A program made the position numbers and the translations under genes. Shown here piece after piece: positions 47,978-56,756 of a DNA stretch of 64,000 nucleotides. Source of the DNA: Pseudomonadota bacterium (lineage in GTDB: Bacteria > Bdellovibrionota > Bdellovibrionia > Bdellovibrionales > Bdellovibrionaceae). The notes under the pieces are model-generated. The model saw only the letters and a list, made by a program, of their open reading frames with translations. It had not been told where the DNA came from and did not search any database. How positions within the stretch are numbered: position 1 is the stretch's first letter; each line of letters starts with the position of its first letter. The DNA lies in assembly GCA_041178425.1 (NCBI GenBank), contig JBEGVH010000013.1, forward strand, positions 10,556-74,555, written 5' to 3'.

Positions 47978-48100
47978 TAATCACTCCTTGTCACTTTAGA
48001 TTTATCGAAAAATAGAATTATTAACCATGCTCTGAAACATAATGTTTTAAAACTAATTTATTAACAATAAAATATTGAATTTATTGAGATTTTTACTGTT

Positions 48101-48742
48101 TTACGATTCTTGAGCGAAGGAGATCAGGCCACTTCGATTAGAGATATGTATGTCTCGACCGTCCTGCGTGATGAGGCCCTTGTTTTCAAGTTCGGCAAGC
48201 CCACGAATGATTGTTGGGCCGGTGCTAGCGCAGAAATGAGCAATTTCATTGCGGGTCCAGCGATGGTTCGGATGAATCTCTTTTAAATACAAAATTGAAC
48301 TGGCGAGTCTTTTAAGGACTTCTTGATCGGCGATTTTGAGACGCTGGTTTTCTGCAAGCCCCAATTCTTTGGCAAGAGTTTCGATAACAAGGCGAGCGGC
48401 CTCAGGAAATTGGACTAAGACTTGTTCTACTACGCGAAGTGGGACCAAGCCTATTTCGCTCTCTTCGAGGCACACTGACCTAGCATAATAAGTTTCCCTT
48501 GCGAATAAGGTGCGGTGACCAAAAAAGTTATTTTCAGCAAAAACACGAAGCATGTGCTCACTTCCCTTAGAGCTCGTTGAGACGAGACTGACCAGACCCT
48601 TTTTTACAATATAAATGCCGAGTGGGCTTTCGCCCTCTGAGTAAATAACGGAACCTTTTTTATATTGGCGATAGTGGGTATTATTGCTTATGAGCGAGAT
48701 TGCTTGTTCTGGTAGTTCTTGCCAAAAGTTACTTTGTTTCAT
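48101..48742 (-). CDS. Crp/Fnr-family transcriptional regulator
   Basis: cNMP-binding beta-barrel (YKKGSVIYSEG, YIVKKGLV, FFG) and C-terminal HTH (TRNEIAHFCAST..IIRGLAELENKGLI). Confidence 0.88.
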   Translation of the reverse strand: MKQSNFWQELPEQAISLISNNTHYRQYKKGSVIYSEGESPLGIYIVKKGLVSLVSTSSKGSEHMLRVFAENNFFGHRTLFARETYYARSVCLEESEIGLVPLRVVEQVLVQFPEAARLVIETLAKELGLAENQRLKIADQEVLKRLASSILYLKEIHPNHRWTRNEIAHFCASTGPTIIRGLAELENKGLITQDGRDIHISNRSGLISFAQES

Positions 48743-48753
48743 TTTTCTTGTCT

Positions 48754-49791
48754 CTATATTAATTTTTTTAATCCTTCAGCTGGATTGGGATGTGACTCCA
48801 ACGTCTTAATTTTGTTTATGAATAAAATCAAATCACCATTCACTGAATCCAGTAGTCTTTGGAAGTCGCTGAGATCGGCTACATAAGTTTTGAAAAGGAG
48901 TAAACGGGCATTGTTTAAAGTTATTTTTTCAAAAGAAGAATAAGAATCTGTTTTTAAAATTGGCCGAACGAGCATTCTAAATCGATTTTTTATCTCAACA
49001 AATTGGTTTTCCCTTAAACTGAGATCCTTTTTGGGATTGCTATCATAAAAGACACCTAGCTTTTTAATCTCGTCTGAAATGAAAGCTGAAAAGATTTTTT
49101 GGTCTTCATTTTCGTCTTTCATTTTTTGTAGATGAATAGACTCGGTCCCTTCAGTTTCTAGGTAATAAAGTTCAGTTCCTTTATCACCAAGAAATGTGGC
49201 CAGTCGTTCATTAAAGTCTGCATTGCTTTTAATGTAGATCGTAGCATGCACTGATTCATGAATGATAGTGTTAACCAAATCTTCGTCGGAGTACCTCATC
49301 ATAGACGACAATATTGGATCGTTGAACCATCCCAGTGTGCTGTAGGCGCTCACACCTCTGACGTATGTGTCATATCCTTGTGATTGTAGCAGAGAGGCTT
49401 CTTTTTTAGCATCTTCCTCCTCAGGAAAGCCCTTGTAGGGGACATCTCCAACTATTGGAAAATGCCAGAGGAAATGCTCAAGTTTCCATTGGTGAGATGC
49501 GTTCACTGACCACACCACATACGGCTTATTGAGTTGAACATAGGAAGCATAGTTTTTTCCAACATTGAGCAATAGCTTCTCTTGGGCAAACAATCTGGCG
49601 CTTTGGCTTAGCTCTAACTTTGCTTTGTCTTTTTCGTTGAGCTTGCCCGATGCGATCACTTGATCAATTGGCTGTCTTTGGTAGAGAATATTCATCTGAT
49701 TATAGGCGTTTTTTACCAAGTAGGTAAATTGGCAGCCACTCAAGGAGGTAAGGGCGAGTGCAGTGACAAGCCAGCGAACTAAAACATCCAT
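48754..49791 (-). CDS. Putative zinc aminopeptidase lipoprotein
   Basis: Lipobox LSGC, WHFPIVGDVPYKGF, AYSTLGWFNDP, HESVH, FNERLATF. Confidence 0.85.
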   Translation of the reverse strand: MDVLVRWLVTALALTSLSGCQFTYLVKNAYNQMNILYQRQPIDQVIASGKLNEKDKAKLELSQSARLFAQEKLLLNVGKNYASYVQLNKPYVVWSVNASHQWKLEHFLWHFPIVGDVPYKGFPEEEDAKKEASLLQSQGYDTYVRGVSAYSTLGWFNDPILSSMMRYSDEDLVNTIIHESVHATIYIKSNADFNERLATFLGDKGTELYYLETEGTESIHLQKMKDENEDQKIFSAFISDEIKKLGVFYDSNPKKDLSLRENQFVEIKNRFRMLVRPILKTDSYSSFEKITLNNARLLLFKTYVADLSDFQRLLDSVNGDLILFINKIKTLESHPNPAEGLKKLI

Positions 49792-50339
49792 GTGATTCCG
49801 GTTCGACTGGCCATATCGTTCGAAGCGGTTGAGCTGTCTCTCCAGATATCGAGGCTGGTGGTAAGGCCGAAGCTTTCTGTAAGCTTTACCTTCATCCCGA
49901 CGCCATAGGAGGGAACATATCCCGGGGAAGGGGTGGTTTCAAATGAAGGGGTACCATCATCTTGGGTTGTCTGTCTTTTTTGAATATAGGCAACACCACC
50001 TTTTATAAAAGGTTGGAACGTTGAGCGACGATCAGAAAAGCCTAGAATGAGATCGCTTCCATAAACTGATGAGTGCTGAGTGATCGTTCGTGTTGGCTGC
50101 CCTGTGTCTTGCTCCTTGCGAACGGCAATTCCCTGAGTATAGCTAAATTCAAGGGCTACGCGTTCCCAAATGAAAAATGAGACTGACCCTGAAATCATCT
50201 CTGATTCAACGTAGTTCATTTGGCTAAAAGAGGTCTTTTTGTAGCTCTGCGAAACCCCAAACTCAGTATAAATAGCGTGAGCAAGGGAAGACGTGAGTAC
50301 GCAGGTGAGCATTGATAAAAAAGTGATCAGGTTTTTCAT
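49779..50339 (-). CDS. Small outer-membrane beta-barrel protein
   Basis: Signal peptide, amphipathic strands (FQPFIKGGVAY), C-terminal Phe. Confidence 0.75.
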   Translation of the reverse strand: MKNLITFLSMLTCVLTSSLAHAIYTEFGVSQSYKKTSFSQMNYVESEMISGSVSFFIWERVALEFSYTQGIAVRKEQDTGQPTRTITQHSSVYGSDLILGFSDRRSTFQPFIKGGVAYIQKRQTTQDDGTPSFETTPSPGYVPSYGVGMKVKLTESFGLTTSLDIWRDSSTASNDMASRTGITWMF

Positions 50340-50392
50340 GACTCCAGTTTACTGAATGGTGCGTGAGCTGGGCAGTCCTGAAAATGAATTCG

Positions 50393-51244
50393 TCAAAAGA
50401 CGTGAAAAATGTATTTAAGGAGGATTGTTCCCTCTTCGTTGACGATTTCTTTTGGAGGGTGAGGAAAAAAACCAGCCCTTTGGAAGGCCTCAATGGCGGC
50501 GGTGTCATATCCTTCGATGCCTGAGCTTTTTAGAAGAACAACTTTCATAAGTTTTCCATCTGGATCAAGCAATACATCAATTCTCGTCGCCCATCCTCCT
50601 TTAGGACGAAAAGGCTGTTTGTTGGTTAACTTTTGAGTCTCATGGGTTATTCGTTCCTCCCAGGGGGGGCGAATCATTTCCTCTATGCGAGAGTAGAATG
50701 AGTAAAAGAGATGGCGGTCGGTATTGAGGGCCGTAAATTGCCCAATATCCACTTTTTTATTAAGGTGATTGCCAAAAGTCGAAGGGCTTAAATCTAAAGG
50801 AATTTTGTTGCTGATTTCTCCCGAGTCCTTGGTCTCTGAATTTATGTTTACATTACCGTTTGTTTCAATTTGTGGTTGATTTCTTTGGGCACTTGTTTTG
50901 TTGGAATGATCAGCAAGAGCCTTCGTTTGGGCATTTTTTGTTAGACCAGCCAGATTTGCAGCCATTTCTTTTTTAACGCGTTGAAGTTTTTCAGAAAGCA
51001 AATTGGATTTTTTCTTTAGAGCATCGATGGAGTCGTCTATAAGTTCCTTGGGTGCTTCTGTAAATCGAATGGGGCTTGGGTTAGATTTTTGCTTTCCTTC
51101 TTTTTCAATAAGATCAATTTCAACGGTTTTCGTAAATCGAGGGGTCGATTTTTTTGGGTAATAAAATGTATAGCTCATCCAGTAACTTCCTAGATGAATG
51201 ACGAGGCTTAAAAAAATAAAAAACCAAATGAGACGACTAAACAC
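50393..51244 (-). CDS. TonB-family energy transducer
   Basis: TM helix with SLVIH (SxxxH), linker, C-terminal LDPDG..SSG..YDTAAIEAF..FPHPP. Confidence 0.82.
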   Translation of the reverse strand: MFSRLIWFFIFLSLVIHLGSYWMSYTFYYPKKSTPRFTKTVEIDLIEKEGKQKSNPSPIRFTEAPKELIDDSIDALKKKSNLLSEKLQRVKKEMAANLAGLTKNAQTKALADHSNKTSAQRNQPQIETNGNVNINSETKDSGEISNKIPLDLSPSTFGNHLNKKVDIGQFTALNTDRHLFYSFYSRIEEMIRPPWEERITHETQKLTNKQPFRPKGGWATRIDVLLDPDGKLMKVVLLKSSGIEGYDTAAIEAFQRAGFFPHPPKEIVNEEGTILLKYIFHVF

Positions 51245-51366
51245 GTTGCCACTATATCGCTGGTGTCAAAATTTTGGCAACTGTTTGCCGTTTAAACAGT
51301 GAGTTGTATTCATTTGAGACCTTCACCTGAAAGTTAGGTCGAGCGTTTTATCTTATTTGTTAACCC

Positions 51367-51393
51367 TAAAGTCTCTCATTGAAACGCCGAAAA
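51367..51393 (+). promoter_or_regulatory. Sigma28 (FliA)-type promoter
   Basis: TAAAGTCT-N11-GCCGAAAA upstream of SD GGAGG and ATG 51412. Confidence 0.7.
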
Positions 51394-51411
51394 GAATCTT
51401 GTGGAGGTTCT

Positions 51412-51918
51412 ATGGGTGACGTCATTGATCTAAAAGGCCGACGAAAAGGATTCGAGGTAACCGTTGAGTCAACTTACTCGAGTCCTATCATGGATATTAC
51501 CGACCTACGCAAAGAACAAATTCAATCTGATCGACGAGATGCTAAAAGAACCATTTTGAATGGATTCGTTGGGGCCTCGGTCGTTGTGCCCGGTCGTGGA
51601 CTCCTCAAGGTAGGAATTTTTGATATTTCAAAGGGTGGATTGTCTTTCGATACAAGCTCTGAGTCAGGCCACTTTGCGGAGGGCGAAGAGGTTGCGATGA
51701 GATTTTATTTTAATCACAGCGTGTATTTTCCTTTTGTAGTGAGAATTACTAGTTTTCGAACAAAGGTTGACGAGGGGATAAGTCGTCATGGGGCTACCTT
51801 CGTTATGGACCAGTCGGACGTGCATGTTCTCAGTCACTTTGTGGATTTTATTGAATCAGTGGTTTCTGGGCTGAAGACTGATAAAGGCGACTTGTTTATT
51901 AATGAATTTGGGGGTTAA
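51412..51918 (+). CDS. PilZ-domain protein
   Basis: RxxxR (RDAKR) and DxSxxG (DISKGG) c-di-GMP-binding motifs; start set at ATG after GGAGG. Confidence 0.8.
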   Translation: MGDVIDLKGRRKGFEVTVESTYSSPIMDITDLRKEQIQSDRRDAKRTILNGFVGASVVVPGRGLLKVGIFDISKGGLSFDTSSESGHFAEGEEVAMRFYFNHSVYFPFVVRITSFRTKVDEGISRHGATFVMDQSDVHVLSHFVDFIESVVSGLKTDKGDLFINEFGG

Positions 51919-52037
51919 TCCTCAGGCCCTTCTGTTTAAATTATTTTGCAGCATGTAAGAATCAAATAGTATCAATCGGACCTAGACATTCGGTTGGGCC
52001 TCGTTTGCAATAGAGGTACAACTCGAAGGGGGTTCGT

Positions 52038-53351
52038 ATGGCCAAAGTGAAAAGACGAAAAATTGTAGTTGATACCAACGTCATCCTTTTTGACGCCCTT
52101 GCTATTTGTCGGTTTCAAGACGCAGACGTGTACGTACCCATTTCGGTGATCGAAGAGGTCGATCGATTTAAGCGAGACCTTGGAGAAAATGGTCGAAATG
52201 CTCGCCAATTTAGTCGGTTCGTAGATGTTCTCAGAGATAAAGGCTCCCTTTCTGGTGGTGTGCAGTTAGATAACAGCGAAACAGTTATTTACGTAACTAG
52301 TGACGCCGGTCACGTTGGCTTATTACATGAAGACAAGGTCGATAATCGGATTCTTGCAACGGCATTGTCTCTTCAAAAGCAATTTCCCAAATTCACTGTT
52401 GAGCTAATTACAAAAGACATCAATTTAAGGATCAAAGCAGATGTCCTTGGTATTCATGCGAAAGACTATGAGCCTGAGAGTGTTTCTGCAGATGAGCTCT
52501 ATGAGGGCTACCAAGAAATTGAAGTCACATCAGAGCAAATTGATCAGTTCTATCAGGACAAGAGGTTTACTCTTCCTGAGAGCCAAAAAGTATATGCCAA
52601 TGAGTACGTCATAATGAAAAGCTCTAATAACGGAAATCACAGTGCTGTTGGTCGTTACTGCCACAAAGAAAAAGCGATAGTTCCTTTGGCTGTACACACT
52701 GAAAACATTTGGGGAATTCATCCTAGAAACGTAGAGCAAAGTTTTGCTTTAGATGCGCTCCTTAATGATGAAATACTCTTTGTTTCCCTTGTTGGAAAGG
52801 CTGGAACGGGAAAGACGCTAATGGCGATTGCTGCGGGTTTGCATAAGACTCTAGATGAAGGGCACTTCCAGCGTTTGCTTGTGAGTCGACCTATTTTTCC
52901 GATGGGAAGAGATATCGGGTACCTCCCGGGGGATATCGAGCAAAAGCTCAATCCTTGGATGCAGCCAATCTTTGACAACGTTGAATTTTTAATGGGAGCT
53001 GACAAGAAAGCCGCGGGTAGAGCTCAGGAGCTCATTAATCAAGGTATGCTAAATATTGAGCCACTAACCTATATTCGTGGTCGAAGTATTCCAAAGCAGT
53101 ACCTCATAGTTGATGAAGCTCAGAACTTAACTCCCCATGAAATCAAGACCATTGTTACCAGAGCTGGTCAGGGCACAAAAGTGGTTCTCACTGGAGATGT
53201 TTATCAAATCGATAACCCTTATGTCGACGCAGCCAACTCAGGTCTAACCTACGCCGTTGAGCGATTTAAGGGGCACCCGATTTCTGCCCATCTGACCTTG
53301 ACGAAGGGTGAGCGTTCAGCACTGGCGGAATTAGCTGCCAATATTTTGTAA
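52038..53351 (+). CDS. PIN-PhoH family protein
   Basis: PIN domain VVDTNV; GKAGTGKT, IGYLPG, IRGRS, DEAQN, GDVYQID. Confidence 0.92.
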   Translation: MAKVKRRKIVVDTNVILFDALAICRFQDADVYVPISVIEEVDRFKRDLGENGRNARQFSRFVDVLRDKGSLSGGVQLDNSETVIYVTSDAGHVGLLHEDKVDNRILATALSLQKQFPKFTVELITKDINLRIKADVLGIHAKDYEPESVSADELYEGYQEIEVTSEQIDQFYQDKRFTLPESQKVYANEYVIMKSSNNGNHSAVGRYCHKEKAIVPLAVHTENIWGIHPRNVEQSFALDALLNDEILFVSLVGKAGTGKTLMAIAAGLHKTLDEGHFQRLLVSRPIFPMGRDIGYLPGDIEQKLNPWMQPIFDNVEFLMGADKKAAGRAQELINQGMLNIEPLTYIRGRSIPKQYLIVDEAQNLTPHEIKTIVTRAGQGTKVVLTGDVYQIDNPYVDAANSGLTYAVERFKGHPISAHLTLTKGERSALAELAANIL

Positions 53352-53444
53352 ATTTTATTTGTTGATTTGATCGAAGACTTTTTGCCAGCGACTTTTAGCG
53401 AGTAGGCTTTAAGTCGATTTTTGGTAGAGTCTTTTTCAAACTGT

Positions 53445-53471
53445 TAAAGATACGAACACTTGTTCCGATAA
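53445..53471 (+). promoter_or_regulatory. Sigma28 (FliA)-type promoter
   Basis: TAAA-N15-TCCGATAA. Confidence 0.75.
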
Positions 53472-53514
53472 GATGAGAGATCAATGAGGAGATCTGATCA
53501 TAAGGAGGAACAGG

Positions 53515-53793
53515 ATGTTCATTCAGGGAAATCTTCAAAATGTTTTTGATGCGTTATTTGCCATGGGAATGATTAATCCCGCTTTAAAAGCAGACTGGGC
53601 GCCAATGGATCAGGTGTTAAAAAGGCAACCCACGAAGCTTCATGAAGTTATCAGAGCGGTGAATCGAAGTGGCAATACGACTGAGAACATTATTGAAAAC
53701 TTGAGATCATTTGATCAGGAGACTCTTCTCATGTTAGCCATGGAGGTCGCCCGTGAATACATCGATTTTGAGGATCGTAAAACTATTCATTAA
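53515..53793 (+). CDS. Small hypothetical protein
   Basis: 92-aa ORF, strong SD AAGGAGG, follows the sigma28 promoter. Confidence 0.75.
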   Translation: MFIQGNLQNVFDALFAMGMINPALKADWAPMDQVLKRQPTKLHEVIRAVNRSGNTTENIIENLRSFDQETLLMLAMEVAREYIDFEDRKTIH

Positions 53794-54304
53794 TAAGTGT
53801 TGTTTACTTACTCTCGTCTCATTTTTTAGTGCCGTCACACTAGCGTGGGATGTCGATCTTTCGAGAAGAGTAAAAACAACAGCACCAAGTGGGGTTGACG
53901 AACTAAATTGGCCTTCAAGTCTCAAATCAGCAGAAGAGCTGTTTTCAGGGACGCCAGTTCAAGAAATTTTTACTTCTGTTGAACCGGCTCAATCAATTGT
54001 TATTTTAAATACGGAGAGGGGTTTTGTTCCTGAGACTATCCGTATCCGTAAAGACGGCAATTACAAAATCTATATTACCAACGTTAACGAACAAATGAAA
54101 AACAGTAGCTTTATTCTCGATTCCTTTGGGCAAACTCATGGAACCTATTTTGGAAAGCCAAAAAGTTTTGATGTTGTGCCAAAGATCAATGGGATTTTTA
54201 CGTTCTTGTGCCCTGAGAGTGGCGCTCAAGGTAAGTTTGTTGTTTATTCAGACAAGGAGACTCCTTCTCCTGTTGCGATGACAAAATCGGGGACAAAGAA
54301 GTGA
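53753..54304 (+). CDS. Exported cupredoxin-like domain protein
   Basis: Signal peptide; GFVPETIRI, GIFTFLCP..GKFVV; GTG start preceded by GGAGG inside the upstream gene. Confidence 0.7.
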   Translation: MNTSILRIVKLFINKCCLLTLVSFFSAVTLAWDVDLSRRVKTTAPSGVDELNWPSSLKSAEELFSGTPVQEIFTSVEPAQSIVILNTERGFVPETIRIRKDGNYKIYITNVNEQMKNSSFILDSFGQTHGTYFGKPKSFDVVPKINGIFTFLCPESGAQGKFVVYSDKETPSPVAMTKSGTKK

Positions 54305-55428
54305 GCGAAGATGGCAACAGTGCCGCGCGTGAGGCCATCAAGAATTTTCTAGGTCCAATTGGCTATCTCCTCGATGATGCCACTGTGTCCGAAATTCTAG
54401 TGAATGGACCCGAAGAAATTTTTGTAGAGCGCAAGGGGAAGCTAGAGCGCGTACAAAATGCCGGGTTTCGCAGCGAAGATGATTTGCTAGCGGCTATTAA
54501 TAGCATTGCGCAAAGGGTGGGTCGAAGAATTAGTGAACAAGACCCTCGTTTAGATGCTCGGTTGGATGATGGCTCGCGGGTGGCAGCAGTGATTCGTCCA
54601 TGCTCACTCAAAGGTCCAGCGCTGAGTATTCGTAAATTTACTCAATCCTCTATTTCACTCAAACAATATGTTGAGCTGGGAGCGATATCTTCTGAGGGGG
54701 CTCAATTCCTCAGTATGGCGATGTATCTAGGAAAAAACATCCTTGTGAGCGGAGGAACTGGTTCAGGTAAAACCACATTACTCACTCTGCTCTGCAACCT
54801 GATTCCTCCTGGGCAAAGATTGATTGTGATTGAGGATGCTCATGAATTAAAGGTGCATTATGAGCACGTACTTTTTCTTGAGACTCGCCACGCAGACGCC
54901 CAGGGTAAGGGTGAAGTGAATATGAAGGATCTTCTGAAAAGCAGTCTTCGTTTAAGACCAGATAGAATTATTGTGGGAGAAGTGCGATCGAGCGAAGCTC
55001 TTGAATTGATCAACGCCATGAATACGGGCCATAAAGGTTGCCTGGGAACTATTCACGCCAATTCACCCGCCGATGCCATTGTTCGGCTCGAAGCTCTTGC
55101 TCAAGGGGGGGATGCAAAAATCAGTGAGAAAGCTCTCCGCTATCAGGTCAGTTCCGCCATCGATCTTATTGTTCAAATTTCGAGGTTGAGTGATGGGTCC
55201 CGAAAGATTACTGAAATCGCAGAAGTACGAGGATTTCTTCCTGACGGAACCTATGATGTCATCCCTATTTTCAAAATGTCGCGTTTGGTTCGGCGCCCTG
55301 ATGGAAAGCTCGATGGGCAGCTTGAGACAACCGGAGAAGTACCGAGTTTTATCGACGAAATTATCGATAATAAGCTTCCGTTTCCAAGGTCTAAGTTCCA
55401 AAAGCCCATTTCTAAGGCAGGCTCTTAG
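54301..55428 (+). CDS. CpaF/TadA-family pilus/secretion ATPase
   Basis: EILVNGP, DARLDDGSRV, GGTGSGKTT, IEDAHEL, RPDRIIVGEVR, NTGH..TIHANS. Confidence 0.92.
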   Translation: MSEDGNSAAREAIKNFLGPIGYLLDDATVSEILVNGPEEIFVERKGKLERVQNAGFRSEDDLLAAINSIAQRVGRRISEQDPRLDARLDDGSRVAAVIRPCSLKGPALSIRKFTQSSISLKQYVELGAISSEGAQFLSMAMYLGKNILVSGGTGSGKTTLLTLLCNLIPPGQRLIVIEDAHELKVHYEHVLFLETRHADAQGKGEVNMKDLLKSSLRLRPDRIIVGEVRSSEALELINAMNTGHKGCLGTIHANSPADAIVRLEALAQGGDAKISEKALRYQVSSAIDLIVQISRLSDGSRKITEIAEVRGFLPDGTYDVIPIFKMSRLVRRPDGKLDGQLETTGEVPSFIDEIIDNKLPFPRSKFQKPISKAGS

Positions 55429-55667
55429 GAGCCTATTTTCAATGCTCTGTTTCGATGAGAATCCTTTCGTGGGCTCCAACGGTTCGAATGAATATTTTGT
55501 ATAACAAATCAGTGGTTCGCGAGGTGAGGGGAGCGACTTCCCCCGTCTTCGTGGACAATGGCTCTGGAAGCGGCTTAGGATGGGGAATCTTGATACAAAT
55601 GCAGCGCATTAAATGGCAAACTAAGGCATATCTTTTCCCTCTCAAGTCGATTAGTACCAACAATGCA

Positions 55668-56747
55668 GTGTATTTTAGTAGCAAGATCACAAACTCCATT
55701 CTTAACTACCTTGATAACCGAGGCTATGACACATCGTCGGTTTTGGAGCTTATTGATTTTCCAGAAGAATTTTTACGCGACCCAGCCTACTGGGTGAAAG
55801 CGGAGCAAATGGAATCCTGGCTCCATTTGTTTGTTGAAAACTTTCAGCCCACTGAAGGGCAAGACCTACTTTTAGAAATCGGCAGTAAAATTCATCAGAT
55901 TAAATCCTGGGGCGTTCTTGATAGTGTTTTGCGTATGATGCCTCGTCCTCAGGAGATCATGAACCAGCCAGAGCGTTTTTTGAGCTATTTTATTTCTCCT
56001 GCGCCGCCTATCGCTCATTTGAGGCGTGACATGTACCACGTGGCCTTTGACTTGCCGATTTCTACAGAGCAGTTTCCACTCACGACAAGTTTTCTTAAAG
56101 CTGTTTTCTCGGTTTTACCTTGTTACGTAGGGCAGGCTCCTGCTCGTTGTGATTGGAGCGATATTCACTTCCGTCTTGAGTGGTCTCCCGAACCAGAGCA
56201 GCTTCTACCCGTTGAAGACCCTCATGGTCATCGAATTAGCCCGGAGCTCATGCAATCGATCATTGAGCAATTGGAGCAAAACCAAAGAGTTCTTGAAAAA
56301 CGGAATGAAGAATTGGTGATGAAGAATGAAGAACTGGAGAAAGCTCACCAAGAACTGAGAGAGCATATGAGAGCCCAAGTCTTCAGTGAAAAGATGAAGG
56401 GCTTGTCTGAATTTGCGCTTGTGATTGCCAAAGATTTAGGAACGCCAGCCGATGTGCTTGCGAAAGAGCTGCAAAAAGTTCAGGATTACATGGTTAGAGC
56501 CCAACAAGTTATCACTTTAATGAGTGGGCTCGAGAAGAACTCAAAAGTGCTCAATGAAATTCTGCGACGAGTGGACTGGGAACATGTTCGTGATTCCTTT
56601 CAGGGATCTTTAAAGCGCAATGAAGAGGCATTAACTTCAATAAGAAAACTAAGTAATGAACTTCGTAAAGGTAGCCAGGAAACAATGAAGGCTCTTGCTG
56701 ATTCAAAGATCCCGGCGTCTAAAGAAACTGCCAATATGGAAATTTAG
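55668..56747 (+). CDS. Sensor-like protein with coiled coil and degenerate histidine-kinase DHp region
   Basis: SEKMKGLSEFALVIAKDLGTP resembles an H-box without His; no ATPase domain; start uncertain (55455 in the ORF track, GTG 55668 preferred). Confidence 0.7.
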   Translation: MYFSSKITNSILNYLDNRGYDTSSVLELIDFPEEFLRDPAYWVKAEQMESWLHLFVENFQPTEGQDLLLEIGSKIHQIKSWGVLDSVLRMMPRPQEIMNQPERFLSYFISPAPPIAHLRRDMYHVAFDLPISTEQFPLTTSFLKAVFSVLPCYVGQAPARCDWSDIHFRLEWSPEPEQLLPVEDPHGHRISPELMQSIIEQLEQNQRVLEKRNEELVMKNEELEKAHQELREHMRAQVFSEKMKGLSEFALVIAKDLGTPADVLAKELQKVQDYMVRAQQVITLMSGLEKNSKVLNEILRRVDWEHVRDSFQGSLKRNEEALTSIRKLSNELRKGSQETMKALADSKIPASKETANMEI

Positions 56748-56756
56748 GAGGCCAGT

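Noticed and set aside
55622..55653. Possible fourth sigma28 promoter (GTCGATTA)
   Set aside because: No correctly spaced -35 element.
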